Below are positions 12,245-22,072 of a stretch of DNA of 64,000 bases, one piece after another. The DNA comes from Leucoraja ocellata (Eukaryota). Where the stretch lies: the NCBI GenBank assembly GCA_036785375.1, contig JAWMAR010000049.1:5270001-5334000 (forward strand), read 5' to 3'. Within the stretch, counting starts at the first letter, position 1, and each line of letters starts with the position of its first letter. The notes beneath the pieces are model-generated. The model was not told where the DNA came from and did no database searches. It worked only from the letters and a program-made list of their open reading frames with translations. A program made the translations under genes and the position numbers.

Positions 12245-13098
12245 ATGATAGGCAAATTAAAACACAACTTGCTTTTAGCATGTTTAGTGATTAGTTCACT
12301 CACAGTGTTTTATCTTGGCCGGTATGCATTAGAATGCCACCATAAAATAGATCACAACGGGAAACTTCTACAGGTATTAAGTAATGGAAGATCACTAAAT
12401 TATGTTTCGGGAACTGGATTAAAAAATAATTCAAACAGATTTGTTTACAACAAAGACATGCCATTAATATTTATTGGAGGCGTTCCACGAAGTGGCACCA
12501 CACTCATGAGGGCTATGCTCGATGCTCATCCTGATGTTCGCTGTGGCGAAGAGACCAGAGTTATTCCTAGAATTCTAGCGATGAAGCATATGTGGAGCAA
12601 ATCCGGCCGGGAAAAGCAGCGACTGGATGAAGCTGGTGTTACGGATGAGGTGCTGGATTCAGCCATGCAAGCCTTTTTACTAGAAATTATTGTTAAACAT
12701 GGGGAACCCGCTAAATACTTGTGCAATAAAGATCCGTTTGCCCTTAAATCGTTGACTTACTTAAGTAAAATATTTCCCAATGCAAAATTTATTCTAATGA
12801 TAAGAGATGGCCGTGCTTCAGTTCATTCTATGATTACTCGGAAAGTTACCATAGCAGGATTTGATCTCAGCAGTTACAGAGACTGCTTGACCAAATGGAA
12901 CCGTGCCATTGAGACCATGTATAACCAGTGTTTAGAAACTGGGTTTAATAAGTGTTTGCCAGTGCATTATGAACAACTTGTTTTGCATCCAACTACATGG
13001 ATGAAAAATGTTCTGAAGTTCCTAGACATACCTTGGAATACAGCAGTTTTACATCATGAAGAAATGATAGGAAAAGTTGGTGGTGTTTCACTTTCTAA
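12245..13098 (+). CDS. TPST1: Tyrosylprotein sulfotransferase 1, coding part of exon 2 (exon 12140-13098)
   Basis: [25 protein letters not shown] (type II anchor, TPST1-type N-terminus), 5'-[25 protein letters not shown], 3'-[11 protein letters not shown]; acceptor TTTCTTTCAG|A at 12140, phase-2 donor AA|GTAAGT. Confidence 0.97.
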
Positions 13099-14226
13099 GT
13101 AAGTATAAATTTACTTTAAATGTTTAAATACTTATAAAAGTGATTTGTATAAAGTATTATTTTAGTATTGTTTCATTAATGGTAAATAAAGTATACATGA
13201 CTTTGAGCCCCCATGTAGTTATTGTGGTTAGGACAAATAATAATAATAATAATATATTTTTTATTGTCATTGCACATAAGTGCAACTGAGCAGAACTTCT
13301 GTAATCCTGAGCAGAAATACTGAGCAGAATGTCTGTAATCCTATTGCAAGTTGTATGTATTTTAGTTTTGCAGGATATCTATACACATTTACTTTTATGA
13401 TGCAAAATCATTATTCATTCATTATCGTTGAAAACATTAGCGACGCAGTGGCGCTGGTTTCCAACGGGAACGGTGATGGACACACCACACATCTCTGTCC
13501 TCCTGTTACTGCAGACTTCCGCCGCTGGAAGTATAGGATTTTGGTGTGTGTGCTTTATCATCATTCCTTACAATGCTATGGATGACAGTGATCACAACTT
13601 CTACTGAAGTGTGAGTGGCCGTTGGCTCGCTAGAAGCTCAACCACCCTTTGACAGGTCTTGTTTTTGGTCCTGCTGGGGGTCCACAGCCCCCTCCTCACC
13701 TGGCAAACCAGGTGGGGGAGACGGTTTAGTCGCTGACTATCCCACCATGGAGCAGGTAGCACGGGATTACATGGTGCCTGTGGCAGGGGTCTCTTCCCCC
13801 CCCCCCCCCCCCCCCCCAACCTGATCTGAACGCAAAATGCTGTTACTTATTCATATGACTAAACGTATTCATTCATACTATGACAATTTGGATGTTCCCC
13901 TTATTTACATAGTCATATTTTGGGCACTAGAGCTCTTGATTTGGTTAAGTTTGTTCTGTGTATTATTCTCTGCATTCCATCTTTAAGCTTGGATCTCAAC
14001 AATTGAAATTTATAGCGTTAATAATCTGACCATGGAATTATGGTCTAACAACCTATAAAACGTTAACACCTTGGGATAGTCCAAACCCAGCATTATTCTG
14101 CTTAACTTTTAAGTAACTTTGTGAAGTCAATCTTCTCAAATGTGTTTTAACTTCCGCCCTTAAGTGACACATGATGAATTATTTATGGATGTTGAATGAA
14201 TCATGAGTATGGGTAGAACCCCATGC

Positions 14227-14610
14227 CCACAGCATAGTGGAACAACTGGTCGAGCAGCAGTCTCTCAGTGCCAGGGACCCAGGTTTGATCCCGACCTCTG
14301 GTGCTGTTTGTATGCAGTGTGCATGTTCCCCCTGTGACCACGTGGTCTTCCTGTGGGTTCTCCGGTTTCTTCCGAACATTTCAATGACGTGTGGTTTTGT
14401 AGGTTAATTGATCTCCATAAATTGGCCAGAGTGTGTCGGGAGTGGATGCCATGGTGGGATAACATAGAACTAGTGTACACAAAAATGCTGGAGAAACTCA
14501 GCGGGTGCAGCAGCATCTATGGAGCGAAGGAAATAGGCACCGTTTCCGGCCGAAACCCTTCTTCAGTATACCTTACCCAGTATAGAACTAGTGTAAACTG
14601 GTGATAAATG
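14227..14610 (+). mobile_element. V-SINE/HE1-like SINE with a nested PLE-hammerhead insertion (14478-14581, minus)
   Basis: SINE head and core; insert flanked by the 14-bp duplication ATAGAACTAGTGTA (14464-14477 and 14582-14595). Confidence 0.8.
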
Positions 14611-14936
14611 ATAAGCCAGTTAGGCAGCACCGGTGGAAGGTATGGACGGGGGACGTTTTGTCGGGACGTTTCAGATCGTAATCAGAAATGTCGATGTTTT
14701 GCAGGGATCCTAAATAATTAATTATTTTGAAATGCAAAAGCAAGCTGGAGTAGCTGAGCTACCTTTTATCCCTTGCCCAGGAATACCAATATATGCACCA
14801 TTTTCCTAATAAAAGCTTTGGGGTTACACAGTATATCCTGTAATGTACTTGCATACAACTAATTTTCAAACAATTTCAAATGTAATTTACAGCCCAGATT
14901 TATATGATGAGCACTGAAGGATCAGATTATGTCACC

Positions 14937-15038
14937 CATAAGGTCATGTGAAAGGAGCAGAATTAGGCCATTTGTCCCATGTTGTCTACTCCGCCACTCA
15001 ATCATTGCTGATCTATCTCTCCCTCCTAACTTCATTCT
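14937..15038 (-). mobile_element. CR1 3' tail fragment
   Basis: GGAGCAGAATTAGGCCATT..TCTACTCCGCCACTCAATCA is the reverse complement of the tail at 51980-52040. Confidence 0.65.
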
Positions 15039-15112
15039 CATGAGGTGGTATGTTTTGGATCGGGCAGTTCCTTCTCTCCTCCATACTTTGCTCTTGCCAT
15101 CACTCTGATATA

Positions 15113-17426
15113 GATAGATATAGATATAGATATGCCATTTATTGTCACTATACATGTACAGTGAAACTGAAAGCTGCTCGTACTCAGTGCATACATACAA
15201 TTTTACACAAAAAACAAGAAACAGAAAAACAAAACAGAAGGGAGATGGGGGGGGGGGGGGAATAGGTGCACAAATTCTACGGCGCTACATACATATATAC
15301 ATATATACAGATGGAAGTCCGTGTTGGGCGGTGTAGTCAGTGCATGTGTGGATTTGAATTTATGGTAGATATAATTCTCGGGAAGCAGCTATTCCTGAGT
15401 CTGTTTGTCCTGGATTTGATGCACCTATAGCGCCTTCCAGAGGGCAGCAGGTCGAACAGTCCAAACGCAGGATGGGAGCTGTCTTTGGTGATCTTCTTTG
15501 CCCTGCTAAGGCAGCGGGAGGTGTAGATGTCCATCAGGGAGGGGAGAGGGCAACCAATGATCCTCTGCGCTGTCCTGGTTACCCTCTGAAGCCTCTCCCT
15601 GTCTGCCATGGTGCAGCTGCCATACCATGCTGTAATGCAGTATGTCAGCAGGCTCTCGATGGACGAGCGATAGAAGGTCAGCAGCAGGTTAGAGTCCAGG
15701 TTGTGCTTCCTGAGGACCCTCAGGAAGTGCAGCCGCTGCTGAGCCTTCTTGATGACCGCTGTCGTGTTGTCCGTCCAGGAGATGTCAGCCGCGATATGGA
15801 CGCCGAGAAACCGGAAGGTGTTGACCCTCTCCACACACTCGCCGTTAATGTGTAGGGGGATTAAGTCGGTGCTGTGCCTCCTGAAGTCGACAATGAGCTC
15901 TTTTGTTTTCCTGGTGTTCAGAGCCAGATTGTTTTCTGAGCACCAGGTTGTCAACTTCAGGACTTCCTCTCTGTAGGCTGTCTCGTCTCCCTTTGAAATA
16001 AGTCCGACCACAGTAGTGTCGTCAGCAAATTTGACGATGCGGTTGTTGTTGTGGGCCGGACTACAGTCGTAGGTGTAGAGACAGTATAAGAGGGGGCTTA
16101 GCACACAGCCCTGTGGGGAACCGGTACTCAACCTGCGAGTGGAGGAGAGGTGGGGGCCAAGTCTCACAGTCTGGGGCCGGTTTGTGAGGAAATCCTTAAT
16201 CCAGGCACATGTGACAGTGGGGAGGCCGAGAGTGACCAGTTTACCAATGAGGATGTCCGGGATGATTGTGTTAAAGGCTGAACTAAAATCCACAAAGAGC
16301 ATCCGGACGTAGCTCTGCCCCTGCTCCAGATGGCTCAGCACAGAGTGGAGAGCTACGGTGATGGCGTCTTCTGTGGATCTGTTTTGGCGATAAGCGAATT
16401 GGTGGGGGTCGAAGTCTGGTGGTAGATAGTCCTTGATGTGCTGGAGGACCAATCTCTCGAAGCACTTCGTGATTACCGGAGTGAGGGCAACAGGACGGTA
16501 GTCATTAAGGCTGGTGATGGGAGACTTCTTCGGCACAGGGACGATTGTGGCTGATTTTAGGCAGGACGGAATAACTGCCTGGGCCAGGGAGAGATTGAAA
16601 ATTCTGGTGAAGATGGCAGTGAGCTGGTGGGCGCACGCTTTGAGCACCTTACCAGGGACTCCATCTGGGCCGGTAGCCTTCTTGGGGTTCACTGCCAGGA
16701 GCACCCGTCTGACATCGTGTTCCCCGACAGTGAGTGGGGTAGTACAGGAGCCAGGTGAGGGTGGGAACAGGGCTGTAGCAGGTGAGTGCTGCTGTTGTGA
16801 TGTTTCAAAGCGGGAGAAGAAGCAATTTAGCTTTTCTGCCAGCGGCGCACTCAGGTCTTCTGACTTTGTGGCACAGCCTCTGTAGTTGGTAATGTCTTGT
16901 ATGCCCCGCCATACCTCCCGTGTATTATTGCTGGACAAGTGGGACTCTATGCTCCTCTTGTGATCCGCCTTGGCCTTTTTAATACCACTTTTCAGGTCGG
17001 CTCGAGCAGCCCTGTACAGAGCTCTGTCACCTGACCTGAAGGCAGCATCGCGGGCTCTGAGGAGTGTGCGGACCTGACTGGACATCCAGGGTTTCTGGTT
17101 TGGGAAAACCCGTATGTTTTTGTCTACAGTCACATTTCCGATGCAGAACTTGATATAGTCCAGCACCGATTCTGTGAGAGATTCCAGGTCCTGGTGTTCG
17201 AATATGTCCCAGTTTGTCTGGGTAAAGCAGTCCTGTAGATTGGAGAGTGCATTTTCAGGCCAGGTTGTAACAGATTTTATGGTGGGCCTGGCACTGCGTC
17301 TGAGGGGGGTGTAGGCTGGAGAGAGCAGGAGGGAGAGATGGTCTGACTGGCCGAGTTGGGGGAGGGGGATGGCTCTATACGCGTGCTTGATATTGGTGTA
17401 AACATGATCCAGCGTGTTCACCCCTC
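15113..17426 (-). mobile_element. Rex1/Babar-clade LINE, 5'-truncated and young
   Basis: Intact RT frame, 3' UTR ending ..GACAATAAATGGCAT plus (ATCT/ATATCT)n tail at ~15113-15133; TATA duplicated at 15109-15112 and 17427-17430. Confidence 0.9.
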
Positions 17427-17448
17427 TATAAGTTAATCTTCGTCTCAT
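15337..17448 (-). CDS. Rex1-type reverse transcriptase ORF (C-terminal APE remnant + RT), 703 codons without stops
   Basis: TLDHVY..LGQSDH (end of APE), PNQKPWM, YRPVALT..KCFERLV, QFAYR.NRSTEDAI, FVDFSSAFNTI, GSPQGCVLSPLLY, KFADD, FRFLGVHI..W. Confidence 0.9.
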   Translation of the reverse strand: MRRRLTYRGVNTLDHVYTNIKHAYRAIPLPQLGQSDHLSLLLSPAYTPLRRSARPTIKSVTTWPENALSNLQDCFTQTNWDIFEHQDLESLTESVLDYIKFCIGNVTVDKNIRVFPNQKPWMSSQVRTLLRARDAAFRSGDRALYRAARADLKSGIKKAKADHKRSIESHLSSNNTREVWRGIQDITNYRGCATKSEDLSAPLAEKLNCFFSRFETSQQQHSPATALFPPSPGSCTTPLTVGEHDVRRVLLAVNPKKATGPDGVPGKVLKACAHQLTAIFTRIFNLSLAQAVIPSCLKSATIVPVPKKSPITSLNDYRPVALTPVITKCFERLVLQHIKDYLPPDFDPHQFAYRQNRSTEDAITVALHSVLSHLEQGQSYVRMLFVDFSSAFNTIIPDILIGKLVTLGLPTVTCAWIKDFLTNRPQTVRLGPHLSSTRRLSTGSPQGCVLSPLLYCLYTYDCSPAHNNNRIVKFADDTTVVGLISKGDETAYREEVLKLTTWCSENNLALNTRKTKELIVDFRRHSTDLIPLHINGECVERVNTFRFLGVHIAADISWTDNTTAVIKKAQQRLHFLRVLRKHNLDSNLLLTFYRSSIESLLTYCITAWYGSCTMADRERLQRVTRTAQRIIGCPLPSLMDIYTSRCLSRAKKITKDSSHPAFGLFDLLPSGRRYRCIKSRTNRLRNSCFPRIISTINSNPHMH

Positions 17449-20279
17449 CTGTCCACAAGACCTTTTTCCAGAACAGTGGTTGCTCTTTTAAGTACTTCTT
17501 GGCAAACTGTAACCTGGCCACCCTATTTTTGTGGCTAACCAGTGGTTTGCATCTTGCAGTGTAGCCTCTGTATTTCTGTTCATGAAGTCTCCTGCGGACA
17601 GTGGTCATTGAAATCCACACCCGACTCCTGAAGAGTGTTTCTGATCTGTCAGACAGGTGTTTGGAGATTTTTCTTTATTGTAGAGAGAATTCTGTGATCA
17701 TCTGCGGAGGTCTTCCTTGGCCTGCCCGTCCCTTTACGATTAGTAAGCTCACCTTTCTTCTTAATGATGTTCCAAACAGTTGATTTTGGTAAACCTAAAG
17801 TTTGGCTGATGTCTCTGTTGTATTTGTGTTTCTCATACTCATAATGGCTTATTTGACTTTCATTGGCACAACTTTGGTTCTCATGCTGATAGACTGCAAT
17901 GACAGTTTCCAAAGATGATGGAAAGACTGGAGGAAAGACTAGGTGCTGAGAGCTCTCTTATATTAAACACCTGAGCAATTAAACACATATGAGCAATTAC
18001 AAACATCTATGAAGCCATGTGTCCCCAACATTATGGTGCCTTGAAATGGAGAGACTATGTATAAACACAGCTGTAATTTCTACATGGTGAAATCAAAATG
18101 TATAAAACTGGCCTTTAATAAAATCTGACAACGTGCACTTTAACCACATATGATGTTTTCTATTACAAATCTCAAATTGTGGAGTACAGAGGCAAATCAA
18201 TAAACGGTGGGTCTTTGTCCCAAACATTATGGAGGGCACTGTACGTGCTTTATATGTGCAGGTACAAAACGTCCAGCTTTTGTGCATGCAACTGAAGCCA
18301 AAATTCCTATCAGATCCTGGTGCACACTTTGAGCAACTACAGTCAATACTGTAAGGACTTGCAGAAATGGCTGGAGTTGCTCAATGTGTGAGCCAGGATC
18401 TGACAGCAATTTTGGATTTATTTGCATGTATAAAAGCTGGAAGCTGTATCACTCTTACAGTGAAAGTTTGCTTCCTTGCTGCTGGCTTTGGCAGATGTTT
18501 TTTTTTAAAGCTTCCCAATACGATTTACAGTATAGGAGAATTGGAAGTCCGCTCAATGCGAATGCTCCTTTTGGAGCTGTACTTGTACTGCCTGTTATAT
18601 GCTTATAAATATTTTTTGACTTTATTCGGTTTGGAAGTATGTGCTACCTCAGACACCACGGGGTTCGGGAACAAAATGTCGAAGCAAAACAAGAACATGG
18701 CTAGTAATATAAAATATCTTGGCAACTGTTTCATTATTATTTTACAGGGAATAAAATAAGTTTTGCATTTGTATCAGACTTTTTTGGATTTCTTTTAGAA
18801 TGTTAATCAAGTATGTTGTGGTCAGTAAATTACTTCCAAAATGTAAACACCATTCTGATGTGGAAATAAAGCAGGTAATTTTGTCTGCTACTCATGTACA
18901 GATGTATGAGAATGATCAGGTAATATTTTGAAGATGGGGCAATATTTACGAGGAGGTAAATTAATTGTGAATTCTTTGTGACCTTTTGGAGACCAGATAT
19001 GAGATGATCATCAAGTTCATCAAGCAATTATGATGGTATGTTGGTCTTTATTCCAGGGGGATTTTCGGATGTGCGTCCTCACCAAGATCTCTTGTTCCAA
19101 TACTATGGGGTCCTGAAGTGCTTGTATCTGGAATATTGCCTACATTTGTCCCTACTCAAATGTGATGGAGATAGAACAGTGCGGATTGAACAGACTAATT
19201 CCCGTAATGGTGTTTGAAAGGGTTGGACCAGTTCAGGAAAGTGAGAGGGTATCTGATGAGCACAACCTAGTCCTATCCAGGAACCTCAGTCTCGATTTAA
19301 GACAACAATTATTCTCCTACCTTGTTACTAGGTAGTAGAATACCATTATACCAAAGTGCAGTTACTTGTTGGGAACCTACATGAGAGCATAGAGCGAATA
19401 AATCTTGCAACCCAAAAAACCTGCTCTATCATTCAGCAAGGAAATAAGTAATTGTGCCTTGCCCTTTTCCCACCTGTTCCCCATAACCTTTGACATCCCC
19501 ATAGATCAGAAATTGTATTCTTAATGATTAATGCTACGGCAATTAATAGGAATAGAATTGGCCACAACCTTTTTTCCCCATACTGTTAGGCTCACAGATA
19601 TAAAATGATTCCTACATCTAGGTTATCATCTTCGAGGAAGATGAATATTGTGTCATGAAGTTGCATATGCTGGAATTAAAATCTGACCTGAAGCCATGTG
19701 CTGTCTGTATTTGTTCTACAGTATTAATTGGAGTTTGGTAACCAGTATCAAAGCCATAGAAAAAGGCAACGTCTGCCACCAGAATTGCGAACAGGAAAAC
19801 CAGTTTGAATATGTAATGTGGATGTTTCTTTGAAGATAAAGTATGAAGACCCACAGAGCTAGGCAAAGCAAGTAATGAAATTGAAGAGAGGGAGTGTAAG
19901 AAATGAGGAGGGTGCCGAGAACCAAACAAAATGTTGGATTTCCAAGGCCGGACCAGGAGCTGATTTTGACCTATGCCAAAGCTGAAACACAGTGCTTGTA
20001 AAACAGTGTTTTGATAGTTATGCAAATTACAGGTGGAGAAGCCAAAGTCTCAACTTCAAATGAATTTCCATGCCCAACGCTGATGTCATGTCACTTGTGC
20101 TTTTCCTCCTGTTTTCTATAATCTTATTAATGTTGCTTAAACCATTCAGTGGTTACAATTTATTTTTAAAATATCCTTTTTTCATTGCAACATCAACCAC
20201 CTCTAGCCAAAACCAAATTTAGTTTGTGAAAAGAAGGAAGTAGCTTGAAGTGGAGCAGAATGCGGGCCGTGAGTGTGCA

Positions 20280-20299
20280 ACTGTGCCACCTGCTGGTTA
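20280..20299 (-). promoter_or_regulatory. Candidate CTCF-binding site
   Basis: Minus strand TAACCAGCAGGTGGCACAG fits the CTCF core CCASYAGRKGGCR and sits in unique intronic sequence. Confidence 0.45.
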
Positions 20300-20720
20300 A
20301 AGCTCTGATTATGAAGTGACCATTTTTTAAAATTTGACCTGTAACTATCATTAACATGTACGGCATATGCAGAAATTGCATTTATATTTGTAAATTGGTT
20401 CATAATTACATGTTAAGCTTCATTGTTAAAGTTTGTAGAACTCTGCTGTTGGCCATCCATTTAGTTTAGTTTGTTTTTGCAGCTGCTTTTAGTATTTAAA
20501 CTAAGATGGTGTTCCACTGAACAAGTAGAAATCAACTAATTTTACCTTGTTCTAATGAAAATGTCAGTTTTAAGGACTAAGTATTGAGCAGGGTGGTTTT
20601 AGGACGCTAGAACTAACTGTTGAACCTTCCAGAGGTGTTGTGGGCCTAACTCAATAAAACATCAGTGAAGGGAGGTGCCCACCTAATAACCCCAATGATA
20701 TACTAACATCTACATTCCTA

Positions 20721-20930
20721 AGATAGACACAAAATGCTGGAGTAACTCAGCAGGTCAGGCAGCATCTCTGGAGAAAAAGAATAGGTGACGTTTCGCATTG
20801 AGACCCTTCTTCAGACCTGAGACGTCACCTATTCCTTTTCTCTAGAGATGCTGCCTGACCCGCTGAGGTACTCCAGTATTTTGTGTCTATCTTCAGTGTA
20901 AACCAGAATCTGCAGTTCTATCCTACACAT
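20721..20930. mobile_element. Fold-back PLE-derived element with hammerhead motif
   Basis: ~70-bp inverted arms (AGATAGACACAAAATGCTGGAGTAACTCAGC..ATAGGTGACGT / ACGTCACCTAT..GTACTCCAGTATTTTGTGTCTATCT) around minus-strand GGTCTGAAGA..GAAACGTCACC. Confidence 0.8.
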
Positions 20931-20979
20931 CTATGTGCTAGTTTTTGTTGTCCATGGTTTAACTGTGTAAAAGTATTTT

Positions 20980-21505
20980 AATAGACAATCGGTGCAGGAG
21001 TTGGCCCTTCTGTACCCCGTTCCTGCTTTTTTCCCCCATATCTCTTGATTCCCTTCGTTCCAAGAACAAAATCTAACTCTTGAAACAGGTTATTATACAG
21101 GTTAATACAGTACAGGCATATTACTACCAAAGTGGATAACCTCACATTTATCCACATTAAGCTGCATCTGCCCACTCACCCAACCTGTCCCAGTCGCCCT
21201 GCATTCTCATAGCATCCTCCTCACAGTTCACACTGCCAACCAGCTTTGTGTCATCTGCAAATTTGCTAATGTTACTTTGAATCCCTTCATCTAAATGATT
21301 GATGTATATTGTAATAGCTGTGGTCCCAGCACCGAGCCTTGCGGTATCCCACTAGTCACTGCCTGCCATTCTGAAAGGGACCCGTTAATTCCTATTCTTT
21401 GTTTCCTGTCTGCCAACCAATTTTCTAGGTCAGCACTCCACCCCCAATACCATGTGCCCTAATTTTGCCAACTAATCTCCTATGTGGGACCTTATCAAAT
21501 GCTAG
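20980..21505 (-). mobile_element. CR1 LINE fragment, internally deleted
   Basis: CR1 tail plus RT segment (AFDKVPHRRL, SKFADDTKL). Confidence 0.75.
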
Positions 21506-21873
21506 ATTCTCATGTGGCATTGGGATTGAGATTCTTGATTAAACATTTAGCTTATGGGTTTGTTAACATGTAGAGATGGCTTATTACTGAATATGTTAAA
21601 TTAGTTATTGTCCGAAAGTATAATAAGTGTGTATAGTTTAGATACTACTTTGGCATTGGGCTTATTTTTCTTGGTTGGGCGCTGAACCTGATGGTATAGC
21701 ACATATACTTTGTGTTTTAACAGAGATCAATGTTTTTCAATGAGTAAAGGATTTAATATTGTTGATTCCTGAAATCAATAATGGGTGAAAAAAGTATTAT
21801 TGTATGTATGGTTCTATATTTACAAGCATCTATGATCCAAAAGCTAAACTTTACAATGTTTTTAATGTTACAG

Positions 21874-22072
21874 GGTTGAACGATCTACAGATCAAGTCAT
21901 CAAACCTGTCAATATTGAAGCCTTAACAAAATGGGTGGGGAAAATTCCGCATGAAGTAGTTCGCGAAATGCCAGTGATTGCCCCAATGTTAGCAAAACTT
22001 GGATATGATCCATATGCAAACCCACCAAATTATGGAAAACCAGATCCAGCAGTTATTGAAAACACTAAAAGG
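21874..22072 (+). CDS. TPST1: TPST1 coding exon 3 (199 nt)
   Basis: TTACAG|G acceptor; (K)[66 protein letters not shown]; donor AGG|GTAGGT; phase matches exon 2. Confidence 0.96.

Larger units (their letters stand above)
15039..18241 (-). mobile_element. Tc1 transposon remnant (same family as 7885-9376), split by a Rex1 insertion
   Basis: 17427-18241 encodes ..LGLPKSTVWNII..GRPRKTS..WKKVLWTDETKINL; 15039-15112 continues YQSDGKSKVWRREGTA; terminus TA-CAGTGCCCTCCATAATGTTTGGGAC on minus. Confidence 0.88.

Noticed and set aside
13099-13102. Stop codon making TPST1 a single-exon 290-aa protein
   Set aside because: The TAA lies inside the GTAAGT donor; the frame continues in exon 3
15472-16885. 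Plus-strand ORFs within Rex1 (and similar ones over CR1 and the ERV integrase)
   Set aside because: Antisense shadows of TE coding frames
19618-20025. 135-aa minus-strand ORF in intron 2
   Set aside because: Non-ATG start, no recognisable domain or convincing splice signals
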